Below are positions 9,662 through 18,977 of a DNA stretch of 64,000 nt, in pieces. The notes beneath the pieces were generated by a model that made no database searches, was not told where the DNA came from, and saw nothing but the letters and a program-made list of their open reading frames with translations. A program made the translations under genes and the position numbers. Location of the stretch: assembly GCA_903916255.1 (NCBI GenBank), contig CAIWVW010000090.1:2229-66228 (forward strand). The letters run 5' to 3'. Each line of letters opens with the position of its first letter. Within the stretch, counting starts at the first letter, position 1. The DNA comes from an uncultured Bacteroidota bacterium. GTDB taxonomy: Bacteria; Bacteroidota; Bacteroidia; JABEUT01.

Positions 9662-10393
9662 TTAATGCCTTATAATAAAATAAGTGGCTATAAGAACAGG
9701 TAGGATAGATGCTAGGATTATTCCCCAAACGGCTTGTCCTTTTCCTTCATAAATATCGGGGTTCGAATTAATTTCTTTTATAGCCATAAGCCCTTGTATA
9801 TAGGCAAGCACCGAAAACGTTAACCCTGCCAATAAACTTAACAGGAATATAATAATGGCATAGGTTAGCGGATTGGTAAATGTACCTCCCGATGAAATGG
9901 CGATAACAAACAGAATAATATAGGCTAAAGCAGGGATAGCTAAGGAGAGAATACCGAATGTAAGGCTATGACGGGCATGGTCGTCGCCTTGCTCGTCGCC
10001 TGTAAAAAAATGAGGGTTGTTTGTATCAATTGGCATTACCGTGTGGGCAAACGAAACAGGTTCTTTTGTTATTGGTAATGATTGGTTGGATGTCTCTTTG
10101 CCGACAACATGCGTCTTTAAGGTATTTATATTTGCAGGAGCCGTCCATTTTTCATCGTTTTCAGGAATTTGATTTACTTTATTGGTAGGCAGTTTCACCA
10201 ATTGGTTATGTGCAATAACCGGACGTGTAGCATCGGGTATTTTATTGGCAAAGGTCTTAGGCGTTTTATGTCCCCAATCCAGCGAATAGCCGGACATATA
10301 CCTGCGCTTGGTAAGGCTGCAGGACCCGAATAATAAAGCTGCCAGAAAAATCAATAGTATGTTGCGCACGGTATAGAAAATAGAGTTTTTCAA
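9662..10393 (-). CDS. Lipoprotein-anchored membrane protein with DUF4190-like C-terminus (paralog 2, tandem to 8854..9573)
   Basis: The same architecture as paralog 1: ...FGSCSLTKRRYMSGYSLDWGH then a C-terminal EGKGQAVWGIILASILPVL helical region. It is a clear paralog of the downstream gene. Confidence 0.4.
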   Translation of the reverse strand: MKNSIFYTVRNILLIFLAALLFGSCSLTKRRYMSGYSLDWGHKTPKTFANKIPDATRPVIAHNQLVKLPTNKVNQIPENDEKWTAPANINTLKTHVVGKETSNQSLPITKEPVSFAHTVMPIDTNNPHFFTGDEQGDDHARHSLTFGILSLAIPALAYIILFVIAISSGGTFTNPLTYAIIIFLLSLLAGLTFSVLAYIQGLMAIKEINSNPDIYEGKGQAVWGIILASILPVLIATYFIIRH

Positions 10394-10423
10394 ATATACA
10401 ATCTATTTGAATTGCGCCTGTAA

Positions 10424-12586
10424 TTACTTCGCAAAAGTATACACCAAAAAACTGGCTATCCATGCCAGCGCACCCATATAAAAAAACTGGATAACCGGCC
10501 ATTTAATACTCTTTGTTTCCCTGTAAACAACCGCCAGCGTACTCATACACTGCATGGCAAAAGCATAAAATAGCATCAGCGAAAAGCCTGTGGCTGCCGA
10601 GTATTCTTTTTTACCGGTTTCCGGATTTACGGCAGCCGACATTTTTTCGCGTATAGAAAGATTATTGTCCGCTCCATCTGCGCTGTAAAGTGTTGCCATA
10701 GTGCCTACAAAAACTTCTCTTGCAGCAAAAGAGGTAATTAAAGCAATACCTATTTTCCAATCGAAACCAAGCGGTTTGATGGCTGGTTCAATCCATCTTC
10801 CGGCATTGCCGGCATACGATTGCTTCAATTTTCCTGCCGCAATAAAATTTTGAATTTGCTGGGGTGAATATTTTTTTGCAGAATCTGCATTATTGTATGC
10901 CGTTTCAGCGGCTTTCATTTTGGAGGGCGGCCCGTGTGATGCCATTACCCACAAAATTACAGAAATGGCCACAATTACCTTTCCGGCATCCCGAAGGAAG
11001 ATGAATGATTTTTGGTAAATAGTTAAAAATACGCCTGATAATTTTGGAACGCGGTAGAGTGGCATCTCCATCATAAAATAGCTTTTCTCTTTCGATTTGA
11101 TAAGCAGTTTTATTACAAATGCCGCTGCCAATGCGGATACAAAACCTAATAAATACAGGCCCATAAGCACAAGGCCCTGCAAATTGAAATAACCGTAATT
11201 ATGTGTTGATGGGATTACCAATGAAATTAGCAGGGTATAAACAGGTAAACGTGCCGAGCAACTCATTAGCGGTGTAACCATAATGGTGGTTACCCTCTCC
11301 TTCCAGTTTTGAATGGTGCGCGTACCCATAATAGCAGGAACGGCGCACGCCATGCCACTCATCAGCGGGATAACCGAACGCCCGTTCAACCCAAGCGGAC
11401 GCATAAGTTTATCCATCAGGAAACTTACACGGGCCATATATCCTGTATCTTCCAGCACAGCAATAAATGCAAATAATAACGCAATTTGCGGAACAAAAAC
11501 GGCAATACCGCTTAGTCCGGCTAAAATACCATTAATAAGTAATGAGGTCAGTTCCCCCGGCGGCAATACATTCTGCCCGAATTCAGATATTTTTACAAAA
11601 CAGAATTCTATGGCATTCATCGGGTATTTGGCAATGAAAAAGATTGCCTGAAAGATAATAAACAAGATAATAAGAAAGAAAACATATCCCCATACTTTAT
11701 GGGTTAATAGCTTATCTACCCGGGCGGTTACCGATTTTTTCTTTTCCTCTTCGTTGATTACTACGCATTCTTTTATAACCTCGTTTATGGATTTGTAACG
11801 GGCTATTGTTTCTTCTGATTGTATTTTATGCTTTTCGAAATGGTAATCGGCAATCAGTTTCTTAATTTCCTTTTTCTTGTATTCTATCGATTCGAAATGG
11901 GAAATACCGGTTTCGTTATTTATAATTTGATAAGCCCCGTAAGCGGTCTCTCCGGGAAACATGCCCATAACCGTATTCAGCATTGCACGCGGGGCGAATT
12001 CACCAATATCCAAAAAGGTTTTAGCAGGTGTATGAAATTCGTTCAGAATAGCCTTTTTCAAATTTTCTATACCTACCTTTTTGCGGGCATTAGTTGCTAC
12101 AACCGATACTCCAAGCAATTCGGAAAGTTTGGCAGTATCTATTTCAAGCCCGCGCAGACGGGCAAAATCCATCATATTAAGCACCAGAACGCAAGGAATA
12201 CCCAAATCGATTACCTGCGTGGTTAAGAATAAACTTCTCCTTAAATTCGTCGAGTCGGCTATTACAAGTACCGCATCCGGATGGTCGTCGTCGGTATTAT
12301 CGCAAAGAACTTTATAACATACTTCTTCGTCTAAACTTTTCGGATATATGCTGTACGTGCCCGGCAAATCGAGAAAAGATATAAAAGCGGATTTTCCGGT
12401 TTCATCCCGTAATATGGCTTCGCCTGTGCGTTTTTCTACCGTTACGCCCGGATAGTTGCCCGTCTGTTGGCTCATTCCGGTAAGGGCATTAAATAGAGTC
12501 GACTTGCCGCTATTCGGGTTACCCATAAGGGCCACCTTTATAGTTGACATAGATGCATCTCTTTTTAATTTTCTCCGTTTGAACAT
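10424..12586 (-). CDS. feoB: Ferrous iron transporter B
   Basis: N-terminal G-protein domain IKVALMGNPNSGKSTLFNALTG...GNYPGVTVEK followed by a large polytopic membrane domain. The true start may be the internal MSTIKV. Confidence 0.9.
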   Translation of the reverse strand: MFKRRKLKRDASMSTIKVALMGNPNSGKSTLFNALTGMSQQTGNYPGVTVEKRTGEAILRDETGKSAFISFLDLPGTYSIYPKSLDEEVCYKVLCDNTDDDHPDAVLVIADSTNLRRSLFLTTQVIDLGIPCVLVLNMMDFARLRGLEIDTAKLSELLGVSVVATNARKKVGIENLKKAILNEFHTPAKTFLDIGEFAPRAMLNTVMGMFPGETAYGAYQIINNETGISHFESIEYKKKEIKKLIADYHFEKHKIQSEETIARYKSINEVIKECVVINEEEKKKSVTARVDKLLTHKVWGYVFFLIILFIIFQAIFFIAKYPMNAIEFCFVKISEFGQNVLPPGELTSLLINGILAGLSGIAVFVPQIALLFAFIAVLEDTGYMARVSFLMDKLMRPLGLNGRSVIPLMSGMACAVPAIMGTRTIQNWKERVTTIMVTPLMSCSARLPVYTLLISLVIPSTHNYGYFNLQGLVLMGLYLLGFVSALAAAFVIKLLIKSKEKSYFMMEMPLYRVPKLSGVFLTIYQKSFIFLRDAGKVIVAISVILWVMASHGPPSKMKAAETAYNNADSAKKYSPQQIQNFIAAGKLKQSYAGNAGRWIEPAIKPLGFDWKIGIALITSFAAREVFVGTMATLYSADGADNNLSIREKMSAAVNPETGKKEYSAATGFSLMLFYAFAMQCMSTLAVVYRETKSIKWPVIQFFYMGALAWIASFLVYTFAK

Positions 12587-12895
12587 CTAAATTCTTTCAA
12601 TATTTATAGAGGATGCCTCCGATTTCCGTAAACTTAACTTATATCCGGACACCATTACTGCAACAGGGTCTCCCAACGGGGCGTAACTGTCCATTAAAAT
12701 AATTTCTCCCGGTGTGCAGCCCATCTCCATGAATTTCAGAGCTTTTTCCTCATCGTTAAACGAGACAATGCTCCCTGATTCACCGGGTTTTAATTTATCG
12801 AGCGTACATATCTCTGCTGACATTGGGGGAGATTTTGAATTACAAAGATAATACCTTGCTGAAAAGGGGGGCATACCTTGTTTGGGGTATTTCAA
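12587..12895 (-). CDS. feoA: FeoA-domain protein (ferrous iron transport protein A)
   Basis: SH3-like FeoA motif LKPGESGSIVSF...MGCTPGEIILMDSYAPLGDPVAVMVSGYKLSLRKSEA. It sits immediately upstream of feoB. The real start is probably the internal MSAEIC, giving about 78 aa. Confidence 0.7.
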   Translation of the reverse strand: MKYPKQGMPPFSARYYLCNSKSPPMSAEICTLDKLKPGESGSIVSFNDEEKALKFMEMGCTPGEIILMDSYAPLGDPVAVMVSGYKLSLRKSEASSINIERI

Positions 12896-12910
12896 TTACA
12901 GGTCACATCC

Positions 12911-12927
12911 AATAATCTCATTACATT
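12911..12927. promoter_or_regulatory. Candidate Fur-box-like AT-rich dyad (aataatctcattacatt) in the feoAB promoter region
   Basis: The TAAT-CTC-ATTA dyad resembles half of the GATAATGATAATCATTATC Fur consensus and lies just upstream of feoA. Confidence 0.25.
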
Positions 12928-12942
12928 TGTGCATACCGATTT

Positions 12943-14277
12943 TTGAAAATGAGACGAGGACCCTTCAGGCTTAAATTTTTTATAAACCGCATAGTAAATG
13001 ATTTGCGGGTTGGGTTTCTTATCCGTCCATTGGTAATTGCTTTGTTAATAGGCGCTGCGGGTATGTATTTATCCACCTTGGAGGAGTGGTATCCGAACAT
13101 GCGGCACTGGATACCTACCATGCTTTTCCCAACTACGCAAGACCCTGCTGTGGCCCAGCTTGTGCTAAGCAATATAGCAACTGCCATGATGACGGTAGTA
13201 TCTATTGTATTTGCCATTCTGTTAATGACGTTAACGCTTGCATCTACGCAATTTTCGCCCCGCATCATTATAAGTTTTGTCCGCGACAGGGTTACCCAAC
13301 AAACCCTCGGCATATTTCTTGGTACGTTTCTTTATTGCCTCGGTTCATTGCCGGCAGCAAGGAATTTCCCAACTGCTTTTTGCCCGGTAGTAACGGTTTT
13401 TGGAGCTATGGTGCTGGCTTTTTTATGTGTTACATGGCTGCTGTTTTTCATTATTCATATTTCACGGGCAGTTAGCGTTACCCATTTGGTAGACCGTATT
13501 GCCCGCGAAACCGAAGAGATGATTATGCAGAACTTGCCTGAAATGCGAAAGGATAATGAGCCGGTTCAGAAAACAGTTCCTCCTGCACACCTTGACCAAA
13601 GCGGAACCCCTGTATTAAGTGAGGCTTCGGGCTATATTTTATTTATAGATACAGATAAATTACTTGCCATTGCCAAAAGCAACGATATCACTATTTACGT
13701 AGTAAGACGGGTAGGGCATTTTGTACCGGCAGGTATTCCGCTTCTTGGAATTAGTGGTAGCGGTAAATTAACACCTGAGTTGGAAAGGTCGTTGAAGAAA
13801 GCATTTCACATTGGCGCAACGCGTACCCTTGACGAAGATATAGAATTTGGAATTTTGCAAATTGTGGATATTGGACTGAAGGCCGTTTCCGCCGCATCGA
13901 ATGACCCAAGTACTGCCATTAATTGCATCGACCAGCTTAGCAGTATCCTTATCCGGTTTGCTATGCACCGTGCGCCACAAACGGATTTTTATTACCCTGA
14001 AAATACCTTGCGCCTTAGTGTTCCCTGGCTGGGTTTTGACCGTATATTGGAATCTGCATTCGAACAAATACGCCTCTATTCGCAAGCTGATGTGGCCGTG
14101 AGTCTGCGTTTGCTGCGTGCATTTATAGATATTGCTTCTACTTTACCGGATAGGGAATCACGTAAATTACTCGTTGAACAAGGTATCCGCCTTGTAAACG
14201 GCTGTTCGGAAAAACTGGCGGAAGAAGTACTGAAAGAAATGCATTCGCGCCTTGCAGCGCTTGAAAAGATGGCATAA
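12943..14277 (+). CDS. DUF2254-family predicted membrane protein
   Basis: 444 aa with N-terminal TM helices (LIRPLVIALLIGAAGMYL, MMTVVSIVFAILLMTLTL, and others) and a large soluble C-terminal domain, the pattern typical of DUF2254. Confidence 0.5.
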   Translation: MKMRRGPFRLKFFINRIVNDLRVGFLIRPLVIALLIGAAGMYLSTLEEWYPNMRHWIPTMLFPTTQDPAVAQLVLSNIATAMMTVVSIVFAILLMTLTLASTQFSPRIIISFVRDRVTQQTLGIFLGTFLYCLGSLPAARNFPTAFCPVVTVFGAMVLAFLCVTWLLFFIIHISRAVSVTHLVDRIARETEEMIMQNLPEMRKDNEPVQKTVPPAHLDQSGTPVLSEASGYILFIDTDKLLAIAKSNDITIYVVRRVGHFVPAGIPLLGISGSGKLTPELERSLKKAFHIGATRTLDEDIEFGILQIVDIGLKAVSAASNDPSTAINCIDQLSSILIRFAMHRAPQTDFYYPENTLRLSVPWLGFDRILESAFEQIRLYSQADVAVSLRLLRAFIDIASTLPDRESRKLLVEQGIRLVNGCSEKLAEEVLKEMHSRLAALEKMA

Positions 14278-14580
14278 GATTCCTTCGCTCACACCTCATC
14301 CTTGGTCTTCTCCTATGAGGCGAGGGTTGGTTGGCACGCGAAACTTAATGAGATTTCCCTCTCATGGTAGGAGAGGATAATCTGATGTCTTGGGCATAAA
14401 TAAACCGGCCGGCCTTTTGGGAATCCAAATGTTCCCCCACCATAAATATTATTTCATCATCGCAGGGGCCAACCCATGTGTCTGCCCAAAATCCGAAACG
14501 GATGTTCCCGCAATTTAAATGGATGTTTTGTTTTGTGGGCGGACACTTGGGGTTGCACTAATGTATTTGGTGTAATTATA

Positions 14581-14608
14581 TTTGGGCGGACATATATGTC
14601 CGCCCAAA
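14581..14608. promoter_or_regulatory. 28-bp perfect palindrome tttgggcggacatat/atgtccgcccaaa, part of a four-copy GGGC(G/A)GACA motif array
   Basis: Seen directly. Two further motif copies lie at 14478-14491 (reverse orientation, gtgtctgcccaaaa) and 14534-14546 (tgtgggcggacac). Confidence 0.5.
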
Positions 14609-14614
14609 CGAATA

Positions 14615-14647
14615 CCCGTTTTTACCCGTTATTTCCATAAAAAAATC
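14615..14647. repeat. Direct repeat copy 1 (cccgtttttacccgttatttccataaaaaaatc)
   Basis: About 28 of 30 positions identical to 18978..19008 (gccgtttttagccgttatttccatacaaatc). The pair brackets the SprB-repeat gene plus tRNA-Pro. Confidence 0.6.
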
Positions 14648-14675
14648 CCGCCTAAATAAATATTCAGGCGGGATT
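14639..14675 (-). terminator. Rho-independent terminator downstream of the SprB-repeat gene
   Basis: On the minus strand: aatcccgcc-tgaatatttattt-aggcgggat followed by TTTTTTT. This is an 8-9 bp GC-rich stem. Confidence 0.55.
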
Positions 14676-14697
14676 AATAAAGTGTATTGGTAATGGG

Positions 14698-17600
14698 TTA
14701 ATTCATTTTCACCACCTTCTTTTCATCTACCAAGCTGCCATCTTTGCCGAGTATGCGAATCAGGTAAATGCCGTTTGGTTGAGAGGACAAGTCAATTGTG
14801 AATGTTAATTGGTTAATGGTGAATTGTGAATACACCTTTTGCCCAAGGGTATTGTAAACCTCAACTGTCATTTGCCCACTACCCAATGCCGACTGGACAT
14901 TGAAAAGCCCATTGCTGGGGTTTGGGTATATATTCACCGAAGAGCCATTGCCGTTGACAGTAGCCACGCTGCTGGTGTTAGGTATTACCACGCAGACAGT
15001 TTGCGAGCAACCATTTGCATCGGTAACGGTGCAACAATAATCGCCCACACATTCGCCTTTAATGGTGTCGGTAGTGGCACCGCCGGGGCTCCACAGGTAG
15101 GTAAAGGGAGCGGTTCCGCCGCTAACCACTGTAACTGCAGCTTCTCCATTGCAACCACCAATTAAGGTGGAACTGATGGAATCAGCCGAAATAACCATTC
15201 CCGCAGGTTGTGTCAACGTAACCGCATCTATGGCCGTGCAACCATTGCTATCAGTAAGTGTTACCGTATATGTTCCTGCACTAAGGCCGGAAACAGTAGC
15301 ATTAGTACCTCCGCTTGGCGACCATGCATAGGTGTAAGGCAATGTTCCTCCCGAAGGAGCTGTGCTTGCGCTTCCATTGCTGTTTCCAAAGCACCCTGAA
15401 ACGGAAACTCCGCTAACGGCAATACTTAAGGTAGGAGGAAGTGTTATTGTTTCGGATGCGGTAGCTGTGCAACCATTGCTATCGGTGGCGGTAATGGTGT
15501 AAGTTCCAGCACCGAGTGTGGTAATGGTAGTTAGGTTAGTGCCGCCGCTTGGCGCCCAAACATAATTGTAAGGCGGTGTGCCGCCTGTAGCTGCCTGGGA
15601 AGAAATATAACCCATTCCGGCGCAAGCCAGGGTGGTTCGCGAAGCAATGGCAATATACAATGTTGTGCCCGACTGCGTTATAGTTACAGATGCGCTGGCA
15701 GTACATCCATTATTATCGGTTGCATTAATTGTATACGTTCCTGCACTCAGGTTAGAGGCCGTTAAGTTAGTGCCGCCGCTTGGCGCCCAGGCATATGTGT
15801 AAGGCCCTGTCCCGCCACTGGCGGGATTAGCAGTGGCGCTTCCCGAATTGGGAACACATAAAATATTGGTCTGCGATGCAATGTTTATTGCGACCGCCGT
15901 TGCAGGTTGTGTTACAGTTGCAGATGCAGTATCGGTGCAGCCATTGTTGTCGGTTACAGTAATCGTATAGCTACCTGCACTCAGGTTTGATGCGGTAAGT
16001 CCTGTGCCACCGCTGGGGGTCCAGTTATAGGTATAAGGAGCCGTTCCGCCGGAAGCTACAGTTGCGGTAATACTACCTGATGAATTGCCATTGCAGGCCA
16101 CATTGGTAATGGAAGCAATAGAAATTGCCACCCCATTAGCCGGTTGAGATATGGTAACCGATGCCGATGCCGTGCATCCGTTGTTGTCTGTTGCGGTAAT
16201 AGTGTAGCTGCCTGCACTCAGGTTAGATGCGGTAAGGTTTGTTTGTCCGCCCGGATTCCATACATAGGTGTAAGGCAAAGAACCACCGTTTGGCACATTA
16301 GCGGTTGCGCTTCCGTCATCAAGCCCGTTGCAGAGTACATTTATTTCTGAGGCGATAGTAATGGATAACGTATTCGGTTGTGTAATTGTTGCAGATGCTG
16401 TTGCGGTGCAACCATTGTTATCGGTAGCGGTAATGGTATAGGTTCCTGCACTCAGGTTGGAGGCTGTAAGTCCTGTGCCACCGCTTGGTGTCCAATTATA
16501 AGTATATGGGGATGTACCACCATTTGGAATATTCGCGGTAGCCGTTCCCGTAGGGCCGCCATTGCAAAGCACTCCTGTAACTGATTGGATGGTTATTGTT
16601 AATGCATTCGGTTGTGTAATTGTTACCGAAGCAGTCGCGGTACATCCGCTATTATCGGTAGCGGTAATAGTATATGTTCCCGCACTTAGGTTAGAAGCAT
16701 TAAGGTTCGTACCTCCACTTGGCGCCCAGTTATACGTATAAGGAGCCGTTCCGCCGGTGGCTGCATTAGCTGTTGCACTTCCGTTACTGTTTCCATTGCA
16801 AAGCAGGTCCGTCTGCGATGCGATTGTAATTGATAAAGCAGTAGGTTGGGTAATAGTTGCCGAAGCGGTTGCAATACACCCATTGTTATCGGTGGCGGTA
16901 ATGGTGTATGTTCCTGCACTAAGATTAGAAGCCGTAAGATTTGTTCCGCCTGAAGGTGTCCAGTTATACGTATATGGTGTCGCACCGCCAGTGGCTGCAT
17001 TTGCAGTTGCACTTCCTGTAGAGCTGCCATTACAAAGCACATTTGTTTGCGATGCGATTGAAATAGATAATGCAGTTGGTTGTGTAATAGTTGCCGAAGC
17101 TGTTGCGGTGCAACCATTATTATCTGTTGCCGTAATTGTATAGGTTCCGGCACTCAGATTAGAAGCAGTGGGATTTGTTCCGCCGCTCGGCGTCCAGTTG
17201 TAAGTATAAGGTGCTGTTCCGCCGGTGGCTGCATTTGCAGTAATACTTCCGGTGGAAGAGCCATTGCAAAGCACATTGGTCTGCGATGCGATTGAAATAC
17301 CCAATGTTGTGGGCTGTGTAATAGTAACTGAGGTAGTTGTTGTGCATCCCGAATTATCGGAAACGGTAACAGTATATGTTCCTGCACTAAGGGTAGAAAC
17401 TGTTTGCGCGGTATATCCATTCGGGTTCCAGGAGTATGTATAGGGTGTGGCTCCTCCTACAGGGTTTATGGTTGCACTGCCATTTGAATTTCCATTACAT
17501 AAAACATTGGAGTTAATTGTTGCCGTAGCTGTAAGCGTATTGGAAGTTGTCAGCGTAGCAGATGCTGTTCCCATACAACCCGTATGGTCGGTAACAGTAA

Positions 17601-18483
17601 TGGTGTAAGTACCCGCGCTTAAGTTGCTGGCTGTGGCATTTGTTCCACCCGATGGGCTCCAACTGTAGGTATAGGGGGTGGTTCCACCCGATGCGCTTGC
17701 CATAATAGACCCATTGCTGCCGCTACAGGTGGGGTTTGTTGTGCTTGAAATGGTAACGCTTACGCCGCATGGCGGAGGTTGAATGGCAACTAAAATTAAA
17801 GCGGCCCCATAGCTTGAATTGCCATCGGCCGCTGTAACGGTGTAAGAACCCGCAGTAGTAGCACTCGTATATGCCTCACCGGCATCTATACCATTGTTTT
17901 CATGGTAGCCGCCTTCCTCCAGTGCGCCTGTAAATGATAAATCCAATGAACTGTATGACCCTGTATTATATTCCGCAGTGGAGTAAATCATCGAGTTGGG
18001 TTCGGTTGTGGTTATTATATCCGAAACCGAATGGCTGCTTACACCCGTAGTGCTTTGTGTGGTAGTTAAATTAGATAAGCCAAGTGGCGTGCAACTGCCC
18101 GTAGAATAAAAAGCGGAGGCAAAATTCAGATTATACGATGCAGAGAAACCCGTTTCAACCACGACAATAGTATGAACCCCGGCCGCAGGTGCCGAATAAG
18201 CCCAAACCAAGGCTTCTCCACCATCGATAGTGGGAATACTTGAGCTGGCAACCTGCGTTGCAGGATTTCCATCTACCGTAACACTTCCCGTAAATGGCCC
18301 TTCCCATCCGTCGGTTGAAATGAGGATTAATTCATTGGAAAAAGCAGTTGATATAGTAAATGTGCTGGCTCCATTGCCTTGGGCCGACTGGTCATAGTTA
18401 ACGGTTCCATAACATTGCGCTTTTAGCGATGGGCTGATTGCTAATAATAATGCGGCAAATAAGAGTAGTAATGGTTTTCTCAT
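14698..18483 (-). CDS. T9SS substrate: giant cell-surface protein with about 12 SprB repeats and a type A Por/T9SS C-terminal sorting domain
   Basis: Signal peptide is followed by about 77-aa units such as LCNGSSTGSITANAATGGTAPYTYNWTPSGGTNPTASNLSAGTYTITATDNNGCTATASATITQP, which match the SprB repeat pattern. The C-terminus reads NIYPNPSNGLFNV...VEVYNTLGQKVYSQ...GIYLIRILGKDGSLVDEKKVVKMN, a type A CTD. Confidence 0.8.
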   Translation of the reverse strand: MRKPLLLLFAALLLAISPSLKAQCYGTVNYDQSAQGNGASTFTISTAFSNELILISTDGWEGPFTGSVTVDGNPATQVASSSIPTIDGGEALVWAYSAPAAGVHTIVVVETGFSASYNLNFASAFYSTGSCTPLGLSNLTTTQSTTGVSSHSVSDIITTTEPNSMIYSTAEYNTGSYSSLDLSFTGALEEGGYHENNGIDAGEAYTSATTAGSYTVTAADGNSSYGAALILVAIQPPPCGVSVTISSTTNPTCSGSNGSIMASASGGTTPYTYSWSPSGGTNATASNLSAGTYTITVTDHTGCMGTASATLTTSNTLTATATINSNVLCNGNSNGSATINPVGGATPYTYSWNPNGYTAQTVSTLSAGTYTVTVSDNSGCTTTTSVTITQPTTLGISIASQTNVLCNGSSTGSITANAATGGTAPYTYNWTPSGGTNPTASNLSAGTYTITATDNNGCTATASATITQPTALSISIASQTNVLCNGSSTGSATANAATGGATPYTYNWTPSGGTNLTASNLSAGTYTITATDNNGCIATASATITQPTALSITIASQTDLLCNGNSNGSATANAATGGTAPYTYNWAPSGGTNLNASNLSAGTYTITATDNSGCTATASVTITQPNALTITIQSVTGVLCNGGPTGTATANIPNGGTSPYTYNWTPSGGTGLTASNLSAGTYTITATDNNGCTATASATITQPNTLSITIASEINVLCNGLDDGSATANVPNGGSLPYTYVWNPGGQTNLTASNLSAGSYTITATDNNGCTASASVTISQPANGVAISIASITNVACNGNSSGSITATVASGGTAPYTYNWTPSGGTGLTASNLSAGSYTITVTDNNGCTDTASATVTQPATAVAINIASQTNILCVPNSGSATANPASGGTGPYTYAWAPSGGTNLTASNLSAGTYTINATDNNGCTASASVTITQSGTTLYIAIASRTTLACAGMGYISSQAATGGTPPYNYVWAPSGGTNLTTITTLGAGTYTITATDSNGCTATASETITLPPTLSIAVSGVSVSGCFGNSNGSASTAPSGGTLPYTYAWSPSGGTNATVSGLSAGTYTVTLTDSNGCTAIDAVTLTQPAGMVISADSISSTLIGGCNGEAAVTVVSGGTAPFTYLWSPGGATTDTIKGECVGDYCCTVTDANGCSQTVCVVIPNTSSVATVNGNGSSVNIYPNPSNGLFNVQSALGSGQMTVEVYNTLGQKVYSQFTINQLTFTIDLSSQPNGIYLIRILGKDGSLVDEKKVVKMN
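15480..17800. repeat. Tandem array of about 231-bp coding repeats (SprB repeat units) inside the adhesin gene
   Basis: Near-identical DNA repeats are visible, e.g. ggtaaggtttgt...ccgcccgg and similar stretches. They generate the spurious antisense ORFs listed in the track. Confidence 0.6.
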
Positions 18484-18792
18484 GCGTAAATAAGTTTAGT
18501 AGTTGTGTAAAGTAACGTCCTATAAAACAGGTTTGTCATAAGTGCTAAGATAAGTAAATTTTATTGGTATACCTGTCTGCCGGCAGGGAATTTGTAAAGT
18601 CAGATTGTTAATAATGTTGTAAATCCTTTACTAATCAACAGCCTTAAAACAGATTCCCCGGCAACTGTATATAAATATGTTCTTGTAGTTTTTTAAATAA
18701 AATTACCTTTGCAACCTGTTTTAAAGGGCCTGTACGTTTAAAGCACCCCAAATGCAAGCCCTGATAACGGATACGTTCAGAAAATAATAGTT

Positions 18793-18867
18793 CGGGATGT
18801 AGCGCAGCCCGGTTAGCGCACACCCTTGGGGTGGGTGAGGTCGCGAGTTCGAATCCCGCCATCCCGA
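18793..18867 (+). tRNA. tRNA-Pro (anticodon GGG)
   Basis: Cloverleaf read by hand. Acceptor cgggatg/catcccg with the C1-G72 pair typical of tRNA-Pro. D arm gcgc-agcccggtta-gcgc. Anticodon stem caccc/gggtg with loop ttGGGgt. T arm gcgag-ttcgaat-cccgc. Discriminator A. No CCA is encoded. Confidence 0.85.
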
Positions 18868-18977
18868 CATTATTTTGAAAAAATTACCAGCCGAATAATA
18901 TTTTACCATCTGTAACGGTTATTTCTGTAAACAGGCCCGCGTAGGCGCTGATTTGCAATCAATGCCCAAATTCCATA

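Noticed and set aside
14392-14412. aaaccggccggcctttt as a possible terminator for the DUF2254 gene
   Set aside because: ccggccgg is a self-complementary 8-mer that can only form a 3-bp stem. That is too weak to call a terminator.
16686-17443. Several 60-155 aa ORFs on both strands inside the SprB-repeat gene
   Set aside because: They are repeat-generated shadow ORFs within a 3.8-kb gene that has clear protein-level repeat structure and a CTD.
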